A DNA stretch of 63,187 nt, filler included, from Basidioascus undulatus (GCA_000826855.1; 8 parts of 8 records of this genome joined end to end with filler, not necessarily neighbours in it); one strand, 5' to 3'. Positions 1 through 13,828 are shown, counted from the first letter of the whole stretch. Made by a program: numbers and translations. The notes: a model not told the origin generated them from the letters alone.

Positions 1-393
1 CCGCTCTCCCGTCTCCTCGCCGCAGCGTCCGATACGCCCCCCACGAGCTCGCGCGCAAACCCGCCGCTTACGACTGCCCATCTCGCGCGGTCGGCGACTT
101 CCGCTGCAAGGCGCCCGGCTTCCGGGGGCGGTGCAGCGCCGGCAAGGGGGAAGGAGAACCCCCCGCCTCCTGCTGCTGCTGCTGGAGTGAGGAAGGCGGC
201 TACTACTGGGGTGGCCGAGGCCAGGAAGGCCGGGCCGCCACAGGTCGCATCTACGCGTTCGCGGCCGATGACGGGGACGGGGACGGCAGCGAGTGCGGGT
301 ACGGGTGCGCCGAAGGTGCGCAGGCCTAGCGCCGCGGCGGGCATGGGGAAGCTCGCTGCCAGTCGGGTTGGCGGCGGTGCAGTGCGGCGGTGA
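1..393 (+). CDS. 3' end of an unidentified gene (Ala/Pro/Arg-rich low-complexity C-terminus)
   Basis: Frame 1 is open from base 1 to TGA at 391-393 with GC-rich codon usage, followed by a T-rich 3'UTR-like stretch. It contains a KEN tripeptide, but no domain is recognisable. Confidence 0.45.
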   Translation, partial: PLSRLLAAASDTPPTSSRANPPLTTAHLARSATSAARRPASGGGAAPARGKENPPPPAAAAGVRKAATTGVAEARKAGPPQVASTRSRPMTGTGTAASAGTGAPKVRRPSAAAGMGKLAASRVGGGAVRR

Positions 394-2613
394 GGTCCCA
401 CCCGCTGTTGTTCGTACCTCGTACCCCCGCAGCGCGGGTTTTCGACAGTGGGAAGGTTTTTGATCCTCTCTTTTTTCCCTCCGCGTTTTCAACAGTTTCA
501 TATTGTTCGGTTCCATCTACGCTGTAACTGGTGTTTTCCTCGCATCGCTGTTCGAGTTTCGTTTTGTCTACCTATCGGTTTTGTCTTTGTGTTGGCATCT
601 TCTGTCCTACCAGGCCGCTCCGCGCATTCTGCCTTCGGGTATTTGGGTGTTCTGCGTGCGCCATTTAGGGAAAGGTCAATGCGAAACACGAGATGGTTAG
701 GGTCGTACGAGGCTAGCGTTCCTCGACTTGTTCCGCATCAAACTCTTCAAAGCACCCTCAGCCCAGTACAATTGACATGAGGCCTTCTACCTTCTGTTGG
801 ACCCGCCGCGGCGAGCGTATCTACCGCGCCTACGGCCTGCACGAGATGTCCGCATCCGACTTCCACGCAGAGCAGGCGCGCGTCCTTGCCGAGTATGCGC
901 CGAGTGAGATTAAAATCGCGCGCCGTTTGTTGGCGGGGAGATGGTAATTTGTTTGTTGAGCAGTCGGTACATGCTGAAGTGGTGGGCCGACTATGAGACG
1001 AAAATACTGGACCTGAGGATGGCGGAGGCCAAACTGGGTGCGTCGTCGCAAGACAAACAGCTACCTCGCCCAGCTCGACGATCTTGCTCGGAGCTGGCGG
1101 TTATGCTTACATCTGCTCGGTGGGAATGTTTTCAGATCTTTGAAAGCGCTGTGAGAAGCGTCTGGAAGCGCTGGCATGGCGAAGAGTCGCGTGGAGAAGC
1201 GGGTACGTACCCGCCCAACTCCATCGCCGTCCGCCCGTCCTGCCCCTCAGTTCTCCATATGGACTAAGAAATCCATTCCCAGTTACATTTGATCCCGAAG
1301 AGCCGCTTACGCCGCTCGAGTCGCCGGAAGCACCCCCTCGCCTTCGCCTGCCCTCTCTGAGGCTACCTCTTCTACGGGACTCCTTCTGCCGTCTCCGCCC
1401 TCATCACCCCTACGGAAATCCCGCAGACAATTTGCTGTGGACAATTCGGTGACATTCTTATATGCAGTGGAACCCATGTACTCACACGACTTCTCGCACC
1501 ACCTAAGCCCTCGCCCCTCTCCCCCTTTCTCGCCGGATAACGGCACATACTCCCCGCCCTGTCATCAGTTGCATCTCTCATCCAGAGAGACTTATAGCTA
1601 TCTCTAGGACTCCTCATCTGATACCAACTTCCACGCACGCCATGCGTTCGAACTTGATCGAGCGCAGTGTTCGTTGGGACAGCAAAATTGGCTTGGTGAG
1701 AACAAAGACTGTTAGGGCAAACGCTGCTGTGATATAAGCTCAGAAGCAAACTCTTGCAGTAGTAATTATGTACGTGATTTGACCAGACGTCTACCGGCTC
1801 ACCCCGATCAGCTCGCGGCTGGCTAGTAAAAGACCACGGTTGGCAACGCCGTCACCGTGCATACAAGTTCGAGGCGGATGCACGATGCGCCGGGATTATT
1901 TCCTTACTTCACTATACTGGGTAACATTTCCCAACACAGGTGATTTACAGAGGGTTTTATGCAGACAACGCCTCAGCTAGCATGAGGTAAAAATGGGCTG
2001 GGATACCTTAGTCCGAAAATGTTCAATCGGCTCGACTGTGCTCTTGTAGCTCATGTCAAATGTTCAGCTGGGCTGCCTGCTATGTTCTGCATACCTTCAG
2101 CAAGTCTACGTGCCTGTAGCGCTCCGTCGGGGAGATCCTCCTGACTTGAGAAGGGTAGGAAACCTTGTCCGCACCTGTGTGGCGCCACATGCTTTCCTGC
2201 GAATGCAGCCTTCCAGATGATCGTGTAAATCCACAGTCACGTCGATGGCCGGCCAGTGCGACGGGACACAACAGGCACGGAGCTGTTGCCCGGCTACAGC
2301 TGTGATCTTTTTTTGGCAGTGCAACCTGAAGTCTCTTTCGCCCTTGCTGCCCTGTGCTGCCCTTTCCTGGCTCATATTTGCTGACATGTATCTCAGTTCT
2401 CGTAATGCTCGCTGCACGTGGGATGGATGGGGAGTGCTTGTCCTTTGATTCGCTTTGTCGTTGCTGGTGAAATTTTGCCTCCATCTCCATCGCATCAGCT
2501 GCGGTTGGGCCAGGAACAAGTCTCTCTCGTGTCGAAAAGTGAGCCTGATCCACGGCCGAGGTATTGCAGTGCTCCCTCAGAGAAAGCGGGGGTGGCGAGA
2601 AGTGTGCACTGCG

Positions 2614-2619
2614 TATAAA
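2614..2619 (+). promoter_or_regulatory. TATA box of the phosphoesterase gene
   Basis: TATAAA lies 76 nt upstream of the ATG at 2690, followed by a CT-rich tract. Confidence 0.45.
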
Positions 2620-2689
2620 GCCCAGCTGTAGTACGCAGTAATCGCTGTGTGCCCGCTGTGCAACTCTCACCTCTTCCTTCACCAGCGTC

Positions 2690-4720
2690 ATGAGGCCCTC
2701 GACCGCCGTCGTTCTCGCGCTTTCCGCTGTCGGATCCGTCTCTGCTGCCCCCGGCCTCTTCGAGAGCGGCGAGGCGCACGGCAGCCACCGCAGCGACGAT
2801 GGCAACAAGGCTTCCTGGCGCGACCACATCAAGAACGTTGTTGTCCTCGTTCAGGAGAACCGGTAAGAAGGCAGTACCTCTCTTTAATTCTGTTAAATTG
2901 AAGCTGATGAGCCTGTGAATCAGCTCTTTCGACACCTTTGCTGGCGGTCTCACCTACAGCAATGACATCGACGGCCTCAATGGCAAGCAGCAGTACTGCA
3001 ACCCGGTGCGTACCGCTGCGCCTTCATAGTTGTCTCTTCTCAGAATTCTTTAATGACAAGTGTGTACAGGTAAACACCACCGACCCCTCTGCAGGCCAAG
3101 TCTGCGCCGAGCCTACGGCTCAGAACATCGCGCCCGAGGACCCGCCGCACGGCATCGCCGGCGTCAACTTCCAGATCCTCGAGACTTACCACCCCGACGA
3201 GGGCGCTGTCGATCAGAGCAAGGTGCCCGAGACGATGCACGGCTTCGTCACCGAGCAGCAGAGCGCGCACGGCTTCGCCGGCAACGTGACCCGCGCCGCT
3301 GAGGTCATTAACTACTACACGCCCGACCACATCCCCGTCTTCAACGCCATGGCATCCAACTATGTCCTCTTCGACCGTTGGTTCGCAGACGTTCCTGGCC
3401 CGACTAACCCCAACCGGTACTTCTTCTATCCAGGCATCGTGTCAAAGGCTCTTTCAAAGTCACTGACTATCCTCTGTTTCGCGTTCATACAGTGCTTACC
3501 TCACGTCCGGCACGTCGTACGGTCACGGTAAGAACGACGAGGCGTTCATGAACTCCACGATGCCCCAGCGCTCCATCTTCCAGCAGATGACCGAGAAGAA
3601 CATCACTTGTATGGCACAGCTCGCCCGTTTTGCTCTTTGCGGCTGCTTATTATTGGGTATGCAGGGATCAACTACCACAACGTCACCGGCTACCTGCCTG
3701 ACGCGCAGTTCTACGGTACGCACGTTGCAGTCAATTCGTATGCTAGACTATACGGCTTAAGGCTCTTACCACCTCATACAGAGTGGTCTGTCACGTCTGG
3801 CACTGCCCAGACGAACGTCAAGCACCTCGCCGACTTCTTTGCAGACGCCAAGGCTGGCACTCTTCCGCAGTTCACCTACATCAACCCGGAGGTAAGTCTA
3901 AATCGCGTGGCTTCGTATACACACTCTTGCAACTGACGCTAAACGCGTCTTCCTGCAGTGCTGCAGCTGGGACAGGTATGATGGGTATTCTTTTCAGTGA
4001 CATTTCGACATTGAGGTAACTGAGCTCTTTCATCTTTTCAGCTTCCACCCGCCCTCGTCTATGACCAATGGCGAGAAGTTCCTTAAGCTTATCTACGAGG
4101 CTGTCCGCAACGGCCCGCAATGGAACGAGACGCTCTTCGTCCTGACCTTCGACGAGCACGGCGTAAGTGCCAGTTTTTTTTTCGTTCTATACCCTTGATC
4201 TCATGAGGTCTTCTTGCTAACCTCTACCGACATCAGGGCTTCGCGGACCACGTACCTCCCCCCGTCAACGTACCTAACCCTGACGGCCTCACGTACACCG
4301 ACGTTGCGCCTGACGGCCAGCAGTACACTTTCGACTTCAAGCGTCTCGGCGTTCGGTGCGTAGTTGCCCCATGTCGGAGCATATAGACGTTTTCTAATGG
4401 CGGAACTGGCCGCAGTGTTCCCACCGTCGTTATGTCCCCCTGGGTTGACAAGGGTGTCATCGAGCACAAGGGCCATAACGGCGACGGAAAGGAGTACACT
4501 CACTCTTCTCTGCCTGCTTTCCTCGCCAAGGTACGCTCTATCATCCAGTCCACATCATGTGATTGCGTGGACGCTCGCTCACGCAACCTATCCCCAAAAG
4601 CTCTGGGACCTCGACAACCTTACTCCCCGCACTGCGTATGCGAGCACCTTCGAGCACCTCATCAAGGACAAGTTCCGCGACGACACGCCGGCGCAACTCC
4701 CCGAGCCCGTGGAGTTCTGA
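2690..4720 (+). CDS. Secreted phosphoesterase / non-specific phospholipase C family protein, multi-exon
   Basis: Signal peptide MRPSTAVVLALSAVGSVSA. Spliced family motifs: IKNVVVLVQENR/SFD, LFDRWFADVPGPTNPNR, TLFVLTFDEHG/GFADHVPPP, FDFKRLGVR/VPTVVMSPWV. Stop TGA at 4718-4720. Confidence 0.9.
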
Positions 4721-5963
4721 TTATTAGACGCTTAAGAGCGCGATAGGCGGCCATGTTTCGACCTGTCTTTTCTGTAAACTTTCAGATGACGCGAGACAAC
4801 CTGTGTTCATGAAGTTTAGAGTCCATCGGACGTTTAGCATACGAATAGGACTGTCTGAACTGCTGAGCAGACCAGAGAGAATCCGAAACTGTTTGCGACC
4901 TGGGTTAGTGAAAGTGGCCCACACCATCGGGCGTTTACCGCGGCTCTTCTTATAAGTGGATTGACACAGATGAGCATACCACGGGTCTTGATTTCAAACA
5001 AGATGACACTCTTGTTCTTGCCAACGGGCAGCCCAACACGACTGTAGAGACGGTCTTCTGAAGTGTCGCCACATTGACTGACATTTATTTATATATAGAT
5101 GCGCTTGCTGTATGGGACGCTGTCTTGTGTGCCGGGGCTGTGAATGACACCGGACGCAGACTTCTGTGGGTGCCGCATCGAATCAGCTTCAAGCTGTGGA
5201 GATGCACAATGCTGTCGAGGAGAATCTCCCTCGCTGCTGCCGGCTGTCGGCACTGCGCAGGGCTTTCACGAGCATCAGCACCGCGCGCTTCCCCAAGTGG
5301 CTACTTCAAGCCGCGACAACAGTGCTATCTCCCAGGAAGGCATTTCATGCCCTGTAAATGGTGCTTTTCGGTATACAGTGAAGTTGATGACTTCCACGCG
5401 TCAGCTTGCAGCACTCAAAGGCAGCAAGCCGGCTTCGTCAGCTGTAGCCTTGTGGTCGTGCTTTACTTTCACTATACTTTTTCCAGACGCTTGCGAGCAC
5501 CAGAAAAATCAAAATCTCGCCGGTTAATCTTTTGAAGAAATACGTAACTGATGCTGAGGCCGAAGCAGTGGAAAGGAACGGTGTCGCGGAAGCATCATGA
5601 AACGCGATTCGACGACGAACCCGAAGCAGAACAACGCTGTCGCTGGGGATGTCTGGTATGTCGCTGTCTTGCTTTTCAGACGACAGGAAGAGGTTGAGAC
5701 GCTGAATGGATTAGTTGAGCAGTGTCGTGCTCGATTGGTTGGGATCAGACGTTGCGGTGCGGAGGAAGCTGATCAAAGGAGCGTCCGCAAGCGTCCGACA
5801 CTGCCGGAACATCCGCGGATGGCACCCCTCAATTTTCGGAGTGTCTTCTCGGCTCGCACCGTGCGCCTGCTGTGCGCCTTCCCAGCGTTGTCTCTGCCCC
5901 TCCTCTTCCTCCCCCTCCTCCCGGTCTCCCCCTTTTCCCCCTCTCTTCAATAGACTCCCTAAA

Positions 5964-7824
5964 ATGTCGGCCCCCTTCGCCGCTACCAAGACCGTGATCG
6001 GTCTCAACGTCGGCGCCGGCTACGCGTCCATCGCTATTATCAACAACGTCCGTCTAGGGCCACCGCGTCTTTGCGTGGGAGTGTGTGGAGCTGAAACTGA
6101 CGTTTGGCGGTGGGGGTGGGCTGATGGCTTGGATCGGGAATGGAAATGTAGGAGGGCCTAGCGGACTGCATTGCGAACGAGGACGGCGAGCGCCAGATCG
6201 CCACGGCCATTGCATTCAACGGCGAGGAGATCGTGCGTCTTCGGTATTCCTTTCCTCTGGAGGATGATTTGGGAGCCTGATGGACCTTGGTTTGGGTGGA
6301 ACAGTACATTGGCAACCAGGCCAAGCCTCAATTGATCCGGAACCACAAGAACACTGTCCTCGGCTTCCGCAATCTGCTCGGCAAGAAGTGCGTTTCCTGC
6401 TGGTCTTCTTCGCACCTTGAACACACCCTCAACCCCCCTCCATCCGCCCCAGGTTCTCCTCCGACCTGCCCCAGCCCCTCCTCTCCACGCCCATCGTCGA
6501 CTCGTCCTCCTCCCCCGCCTTCAACCTCACCTTCTCCCCCTCCGAGGGCGCCGAGCCCACCGCGCAGACCTTGACCGCGCACGACATCGCCGTGCGCGTG
6601 CTCTCGTCCTTGCACCGCTCGGCAGTCGACTACCTCGGTGTGCCCGTAGACGGCGCGGTGATCGCCGTCCCGCACGAGTGGTCCGCCGCGGAGCGCGACG
6701 CTCTCCGCGCGGCGGCTAAGGACGCGGGCATCGCGGTGCTGGACCTGATCGACGACTGGTCTGCCGCGGCGAGCGCGTACGCGGACGTCCTCGCTGCGGA
6801 AGACCCGAACGTCCTCATCGTCGACATGGGCGAGTCTTCCACGGCCGTGACCGTCGTCGCCGCGCGCCAGGGGCTCTTCTCCCCGCTCGCGCACATCGCG
6901 GACCCGACCGTCGGTGGCGCGCAGCTTGACGAGCAGCTTCTCGCCCACTTCGCCAAGGAGTTCACCAAGAAGACCAAGGTCCCCCTCCCCGCCGCGCTTG
7001 CGGCCGACCTTCCCGAGGCCGACCGTCGCGCGCTCACCAAGCTCTTGCTTGCGACCGAGAGCACCAAGCGCACGCTCAGCGCGAGCAACAGCGCCAGCTG
7101 CGCCGTCGAGAGCTTGAAGGACGGCATCGACTTTTCCGCCCAGATCAACCGCCTGCGCTTCAACCTCCTTGGCAGCAAGGTGTTCAACAAGGTCGCTGAG
7201 CGTGCGAAGGAGGTCGTCAAGCAGGCTTCCCTCGAGCCGGAGCAGATCAACAAGGTTCGTTTCCTTACCCACTTTCACCTTTCGTTTCCCCCTCTCCCCT
7301 GGTCCCCTTTTCTTTCTCCCTCTTCCTCCATTCCTCTCCTCTGCCTTCCGAACCCTCCCACTCAACCCTCCTCCCCTTTACCGCAGGTCATCCTCGTCGG
7401 CGGTTCCTCCTCCCTCCCCGCTCTGCGCTCCGCGCTCGAGCCGCTCTTCCCCGAGTCGACCGACTTCCTGACCACCATCGACCCTGACCAAGCGATCGCG
7501 CGTGGGTCCGCGATCCAAGCGCGCCTTCTCTCTTCCCCGGAGCTGCCGGAGCTGCCCCCCGCCGCCGCAGCGCTTGACGTTGTCTCCACATCCGCGCCCA
7601 TCGGCCTCCGCCTGGGCGACAACTTCATTACGCTCGTCGAGCAGGACACGCCGCTGCCGGCGCGCCGCATCGTGCGCTTCGAGGGCGGCGCGGAGAAGGC
7701 CGCGAAGGAGGTCGCGCTGAGCGTGTGGGAGGGGAAGCACGAGGTGCAGGTTGAGGTGCCCGCGCCGCAGGAGAAGCCGGCGAAGACTGCGGAGGATGAG
7801 GAGGACGAGGACGAGGACGAGGAC
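5964..7824 (+). CDS. SSZ1: Hsp70-like ribosome-associated complex subunit Ssz1, 3'-truncated by contig end
   Basis: Spliced motifs CIANEDGERQIATAIAFNGEE, YIGNQAKPQL, LLLATESTKRTLSASNSASCAVESLKDGIDF and VILVGGSSSLP, plus an acidic insert. The atypical Hsp70 N-terminus matches Ssz1. Confidence 0.85.
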
Positions 7825-7924
7825 NNNNNNNNNNNNNNNNNNNNNNNNNNNNNNNNNNNNNNNNNNNNTTAATTAATTAANNNNNNNNNNNNNNNNNNNN
7901 NNNNNNNNNNNNNNNNNNNNNNNN
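7825..7924. other. Artificial contig-joining linker (N44-TTAATTAATTAA-N44)
   Basis: An identical 100-bp spacer with stops in all six frames occurs 7 times in the window. Confidence 0.99.
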
Positions 7925-8496
7925 CCCCGCCGCTCTCGCTCGGCTCCGCGTCCTCCACCACCACCTCCAACTCCGCCGCCCACCCCCCGCCGCGATCGCT
8001 CGTGATCGAGATACCCGAATCGCCCGCCAAGGGCATCCTCGCTGTCAACGACGAGCCCTCCTCTGCCCAAGTCCTCCTCAGCTCCCCGTCACAACGCCCC
8101 AGCATCGACGGCGGGGCGACTTTCACGAACGGCGTCGCCCCTGCCGAACCCCCAGTCGTGGACGACGATGACGACGACGCGCGGACACCCACCGTCCGGC
8201 TCGTGCCCGTCCCCGACGCCGACGCCGCGCCCTCCGCCTCCGCCGAGGCCGAGGCCGAGGCCGTCCCTCCCGCTGCCGCAGCCGGACCCGACATCGCGCG
8301 CGAAGGGAGCCCGATCGAGGCTGCGCACGCAGACGGGATGGAGGAGATCTCGCTCGCGCGCGTGTCGCTCTCGGACGACGTCCCCGCGACAGGGGCGGCG
8401 GCGGCGACGGACAAGCAGGCCAAGCGCCGGAGCGTGTTCGACATGGTCAAGTGGCCCGGCGGGAAGAAGGGCCCGGTCGACACGCCCCCGGTGTAA
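7925..8496 (+). CDS. 3' end of an unidentified gene (disordered Ser/Pro/Ala/Asp-rich C-terminus)
   Basis: The frame is open from the contig start to TAA at 8494-8496 (...KRRSVFDMVKWPGGKKGPVDTPPV), followed by a long pyrimidine-rich 3'UTR-like region. Confidence 0.6.
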
Positions 8497-9239
8497 CCTC
8501 TGCGGGTCGTGTCTTCCGCGGGATGGAGAGTGCATGCGGGGGTGGGTCGGCGGGCGGGCGATGGAGTCTCTCGATACCTTCTACTGTTCCTGTTCGCTTT
8601 TGTTCAAATCCCACCTTTGCTTTTGTTTGCTTTTCTTTCTGCTTACCAAGTCTATTTTGCATGGTTCATTCGTCGCGCGTTCGTTTGTTCGCTCTGATCG
8701 CTTTTTTTCGTGGACCTTCCTCAATAACCAACCCTTCTTCGCGTCTACTGTACACCGCCCTTCACTCTCTTTGCTTTTCCTCTTGCCCTGCCGTCCCTAC
8801 CAACCTGCACATATCCTTCCCCTCCCGCTCCTCGGTTCTTTTTGCATCACACGTACGCGTACTCCCCGACAATCTCTCCCTCTTTCCCTCCTCCCTCTCA
8901 TCTAGCTCTCCCGGCTTCCCACGTAGTTTCTGTTCTTTCCCCTTCTCGATTTTTTGCTCGAGCTCGGTTGCTAGTCTGTTCGACCACCTTACCCCTGCAT
9001 TTTATGGATCGACACTCGCATGACTTTGCGTACGCAAACGAACAGCTGTGTGGCTGACCTTGTCTTGCGACTTGGCCGAGGCAAACCAAAAAGAACAGCA
9101 CAGATCGTTCATATATTCTGCACTCAGCTCGCTACTGTTCCACGACCCTGACGAGCCACGGTCCTCGACCACGCGCCCCGCACTGTCAGTCGGCGTTCTC
9201 GAGAGCCCTCTTCAAGCTCAAAGCAGGCAGGCCCCATAA

Positions 9240-10085
9240 GTGCCGTCCATCGACCTCTCTCGAACCCACTCGCCGTCCCTCGAAACCGACATAACAACGT
9301 CGTCCTCATGGAACAGGTTACCGTTACTTCTACAGGGTTCTGACGAATTGGCTCGCAACTCGTTCTGCGTCCGGGGACTCGGAGACTGCACAACGATCAG
9401 ATGGACACACTGCAAATCCGGGAGCCGCTGGATAACTTGTCCAAGAGATATCTGGCCGGACAATACGTAGGCGACCGCAAGGTGGATAAGCAAGGTAAAC
9501 TTGCTGACGGCGGCAGCGTGATATGGTGTGGTGAGTTGCACGGCTGATAGGCAGAGTCTCCGCATCGTCGAGGGTCTGGAACAAATCGCCTCATTTCCAG
9601 TCAAAACAATTGTTCCTTTTTGAGATCAGATAGAAAAACTCAAGTTCCTCGAGCTCGTGCTTCAAGGCGCCGAATGACTCATCGAGGTGGACTGGTATCG
9701 ATCGAAATTTGTTGTAGTCCATGGCAAGACGATTCAGACGACGCTCCGTGATCCTGAGTACCTTGAGAAGGGGCATCCACGACGTTTGAGAAGCCCTGGT
9801 GCGTACAGCACAGGATGCTCAGGTCATCGACATTCGCACAGTGCGAGGGTCGACGAAGGTCAGATGCGTGGACTCGGCCAGAGACGAAAGTCCTGCTACG
9901 TCCCGAATGCGGGCGGTGCGAAACATGTGCGGAATAGTCACGGCTCTGACATCGTGCGAGGCGAGAGTGAGAGTGAGGAGAGCGTCGAGCACGTCGCGAG
10001 GGTGTCCGTAGGCAAGCGGGTGCCAGGGCTCAGCCAAGCACGCGACTATGTGCGCGACAAAGTCGATAGGGACGGAGATGGTCAT
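9240..10085 (-). pseudogene. Degenerate F-box-like/LRR-like hypothetical gene
   Basis: MTISVPIDFVAHIVACLA...LLTLTLASHDVRAVTIPHMFRTARI resembles a basidiomycete F-box-like N-terminus. LRR-like pieces (PLLKVLRI, LEELEF) lie in broken frames. Boundaries are approximate. Confidence 0.35.
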
Positions 10086-11845
10086 TTTGTGGGTGTCGTG
10101 TGATTGTCTGCGATTGCGAGAATGGTGAGGGCGATGATCAGGCGGAGCGATGGTGGTGGTCCGAGCCAAAGAGACAGCGGCCCGCGAGGAGCTGTTGAGC
10201 GGACGGGGTGGCATCAGCATAGCGTCGTCATCAGATTCAGTACGTAGGCATATGCTTACCTGCCCGAGCACGTTTTCTGAGTCAATCAAAAGTCGAAAAT
10301 GTCTGCAGCTCCTGCACGAACCGCTCGCGTCGTGTCTGATTTCCACGATGCCGAAGGTATGCTTGACATTCGAAACGCCGCGATATATCACATGTCAGAT
10401 AGGCTGCCCTCTATCTTTTGACCAAGTTTTTCAAGCGTCGCCACAGCGCAGACACAGGCGATGGCCACGCAGAAGGCCCGACTCCCAAGCTTTCCAATCT
10501 GCAGCGGGACTGCCAGTGGGGACTGCCTGCCTCTGCTCGGCGACTTCCACTGTCACAAGCACAACAAGGCTATATTTGGAGCTGCTTGCGACGCTCAGAT
10601 CAGTGGAGCTCACGTATTTTACTGAACTTCGCGGGTCGTGTCAGAGGGCCGGCATTGACTCGGGCCGCCTTGGGCTTCGCTTTTTCAGCTTGCAGCTGTC
10701 GAGCATGTTCTGCTTGGAGGAAATGGCCGGTTCAGTGTGTTATCAGGCTTACTCTACCTGCGGCGAGTGCTGAACCGGACCGACGATAGTCGACTGCTGA
10801 GATTACAGGCAGCAGCCGCTAGCCAACACTGATACCGCTGGTCATCTCTGCTCGTTGAGTACAAGAGGAACAGTAACTGGTGCTTTCTTTCTAATTTCGG
10901 ACTGGGTGCTGTGCAGGAGCGAAAGTACGCTTTGGGCTGACGAAGGGTCGCTTACGCAGCGATGGTGAAGACCGTCAGGTAGTGGAGCCTGCATTTCTGC
11001 TTATTCACATTTGAGAAGCGTTTAAAGTTATGCACCCACAATAAAGTTGTGTAGTTAAGGCGTCAAGCACCTGCCTTTTGCAAGTTGAACATGCCGCTGC
11101 TGTCGAAACGCCCAGTTCAAGACGCTGCGTTCTTGTGACGGGCTTCATGTCACGGAATGCAGTGGACTGACCAGAGCTTTGTAGTCTTGTAAAGTTCTAT
11201 CTGCTACAGAGAGTATGTTTAGGGACATTCCGTCGATACACGGCACTTTCGTGAGGGCAAACAGCCAGATCGAAGGTACGCGATGTACAGAAGTGCTAAG
11301 ATATCAAGGCCCACATATATCTGTACCAGTGTATATCTCCATGTAATATGAAGTATCCGCTTGTCACGCTCGACTCGTCCACACAAGGGCGTTGTGGAAA
11401 CGTACGCAGATGTTGGCGCGGTGGGCAGCTGTAACACATCGAGGAATTTCAGTCGTGACTGAAACACGAAGAATGAAAATGAAAATACGAATCACGGCAT
11501 CCTTATGTTACAATGAAGATACCTTTGCAATGTCTGCGCTGCCCGCGACGCCTTCCTTCCCTTCAATTCGTTCAGTGGCTCAAGCGGCGCCGCGTTGGCT
11601 ATGCTCTCCTGCTCAGTAGCCGTAGGTCATCAGATTTAGAGCACCTCGGGCACCAAATGCTAGACAATCCATCAAGCATCTTATGCGCCCTAGTGCACCT
11701 CAGTGAGACGTAGGCGAGACTGTGTTGGAAAGGCCGCACGGTGAACGGGTCCGCACGCCCACGGCGATCTCTTTCTCTCCCCAGACGCACTTCACACTTC
11801 GTGGTCATGTCATTTCATGTTCAACTGCAAGCATTTTATCGACAA

Positions 11846-12802
11846 CTACAACCGTTTCTTCTGCTCCGAGTGCGCGTAGGCGTTGCGGAAGGGGAAAGCT
11901 GATGTGCGCTTATCTAAGCCAGTCTTTTTCGATTTCCTCGTGCTACCAGTGAACACTAGCTGGAAGGATATTGGTATGGCATGTAATCATTGTGTCAGCT
12001 TTATGGACGTTGAATAATGCGTACTGCGGGGGAGGGGCGGACGCACGATCCACAGCCCCCAGAGGCCGAACGCCTCGGTGACGACCGAGTGCAGCGTCGC
12101 GGGGATCCCGACGGCGTTGGAGGCGCTGTAGGAGGTGAGGGAAGCGATGATAAGGAGGACCGCACGGCGGGAGAGGGAGGGGGCGTCAGTGCGGGAGCGA
12201 GGAGTGGGTGGGCGGAAGAGCGACTTACTATGTCCCCACAGCCGGAGCGCGATACGGTGATATGGGCTCACGCGTCGGGGACGTGCTCAAAGATCCAGTC
12301 TGTTGTAACCACCATCCCCGCAAAATATTAGTGCGTTCAGCACAGCAAAAGTCTGGGGTGAGACCCCCGCAGCGCACGCACCAGATGCAGCAGCAGCGCC
12401 GCGCTCCCAAGCAGCGCGAGCGCCGACTGCGTCGCGAGGAATGTTTCGAGCGGCGTGAGCTTCATGGGAGCCTGGGCGTCGCCCGAGGGCGGGAGGAGGA
12501 AGAGGAGGAGCCGCGGGAAGGCGAGCAGCGGGAGGACGGTGAGGGTCGCCCTGTGCACAGTCCACCCCATCTCTCCCTTCAGTCTTGGCTACCTCCGATG
12601 AAGGGATGAGAGGGACTCACCACCCCGCCACACCCCACGCGAAATAGTCCACCGCGTCTAGCTCACGGGGCTCTCTGCTGGGGACCGCGGAGGCCGACGA
12701 GGAGCAGGCAGGAGCGGGAGATGGGGCACCCCTCGGAGTAGGGTTTTCGGACATCTCGATTGGCTGCGACTCGGTTATGCGCTGTTTGGAGTATGCGGAC
12801 AT
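11846..12802 (-). CDS. Small multi-pass membrane protein of unknown function, multi-exon
   Basis: Several hydrophobic exons (LLAFPRLLLFLL, LTPLETFLATQSALALLGSAALLL, FGLWGLWI). The last exon LVFTGSTRKSKKTGLDKRTSAFPFRN...* resembles a C-terminal motif I recall from uncharacterised fungal membrane proteins. Confidence 0.6.
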
Positions 12803-13828
12803 CAATTGGCCGTTGGAAAATATGGAGATGGAGATGGAGATGGAGGTCGTGTGAGAGATGTGAAAGTGCGGACAGTCTTGGACGCACCGTAGAGACTTTG
12901 ATGACGTCAGCTATTGTAGGCTGCGTGTTCTCTTGAGACCAGGCGGTTTCGTAGGCTTGCAATAGACCGATAACGGAAACTCAAGTTCAAGATTATTTTG
13001 ATTCAGCTTGCAGAATAGTACCTTCAAGGTCGGTGGCCGCAATGAGGATGGTGCTCGGGCTGCGAACTGGAACTGCGCGTACTGGGGACTGCGACTCTCC
13101 ACCTGGGCTGTGCTCACACCTCCCCCAGAGATTGATAATCCCAGTCACAGTCTTCAATCTGAGAGATCAGGAAAAGATCAACTTAGGCCGTAGACGCTCC
13201 TGTCTTGGATAGTCGCTGAAAGCTGACTTGCCACATGATGGCTACGCCGCTCGGCCGCTGCGTGTTGAACCGACCAACGGTTTTGCTTGGTTCGCTTGTC
13301 GCCACCATACCATCTGCAGTGCAACTTCACAGATATTAAATTCCACTTGCTTTAGCCTATCCTCATTGTACTGTGAGCCGTGTTGAGTGTCGCAAAACCA
13401 GACCGTGAAAAGCAGGCCAGTAGGGGTTTCCAGCCTGCACTGGCCCTCCGTACTTCAGCTCATGCTGATGTCCACCTGACTGAAAACTTTGTTGGACATT
13501 GAAAGTCCATTTAACATGCGCCCAAGAAAAACAACTTCAAGATGTCACCCGCAACAAAACGGAGGAACGGCAGCTCGACTATTCGCCATTGTTCGAACGC
13601 GCAAGGGGGCTGGGTCCGGGCGGACCGGGGCTCGGTCGCGGCTGAGCTCAACAGGCTCAGCTTCGCCGTTTGCTCTTGCCGACCTACTCCTCCTTCCGGC
13701 TCGATATCCAGCCTTCCTCACCGGCAGCCCAATCTCCCTTGCCGCAGCATCCATCCCAATACCGCCCCCGGCGTGTCTCTTTCTTCCTCTATTTTTCACT
13801 CTCCACGGCTCCACGATCCCCCGCCGCC

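Noticed and set aside
777..1750. Short ORFs between the first gene and the phosphoesterase
   Set aside because: No recognisable domain or consistent exon chain.
6328..7365. Long antisense ORFs over SSZ1, and similar ones over urease, PDB1, the MYST gene and APL6
   Set aside because: These are shadow ORFs caused by high GC3 codon bias in the real genes.
7869..7880. Palindromic TTAATTAATTAA recurring about every 7.9 kb, suggesting a periodic repeat or array
   Set aside because: It is always centred in N-runs of fixed length, so it is an artificial six-frame-stop linker.
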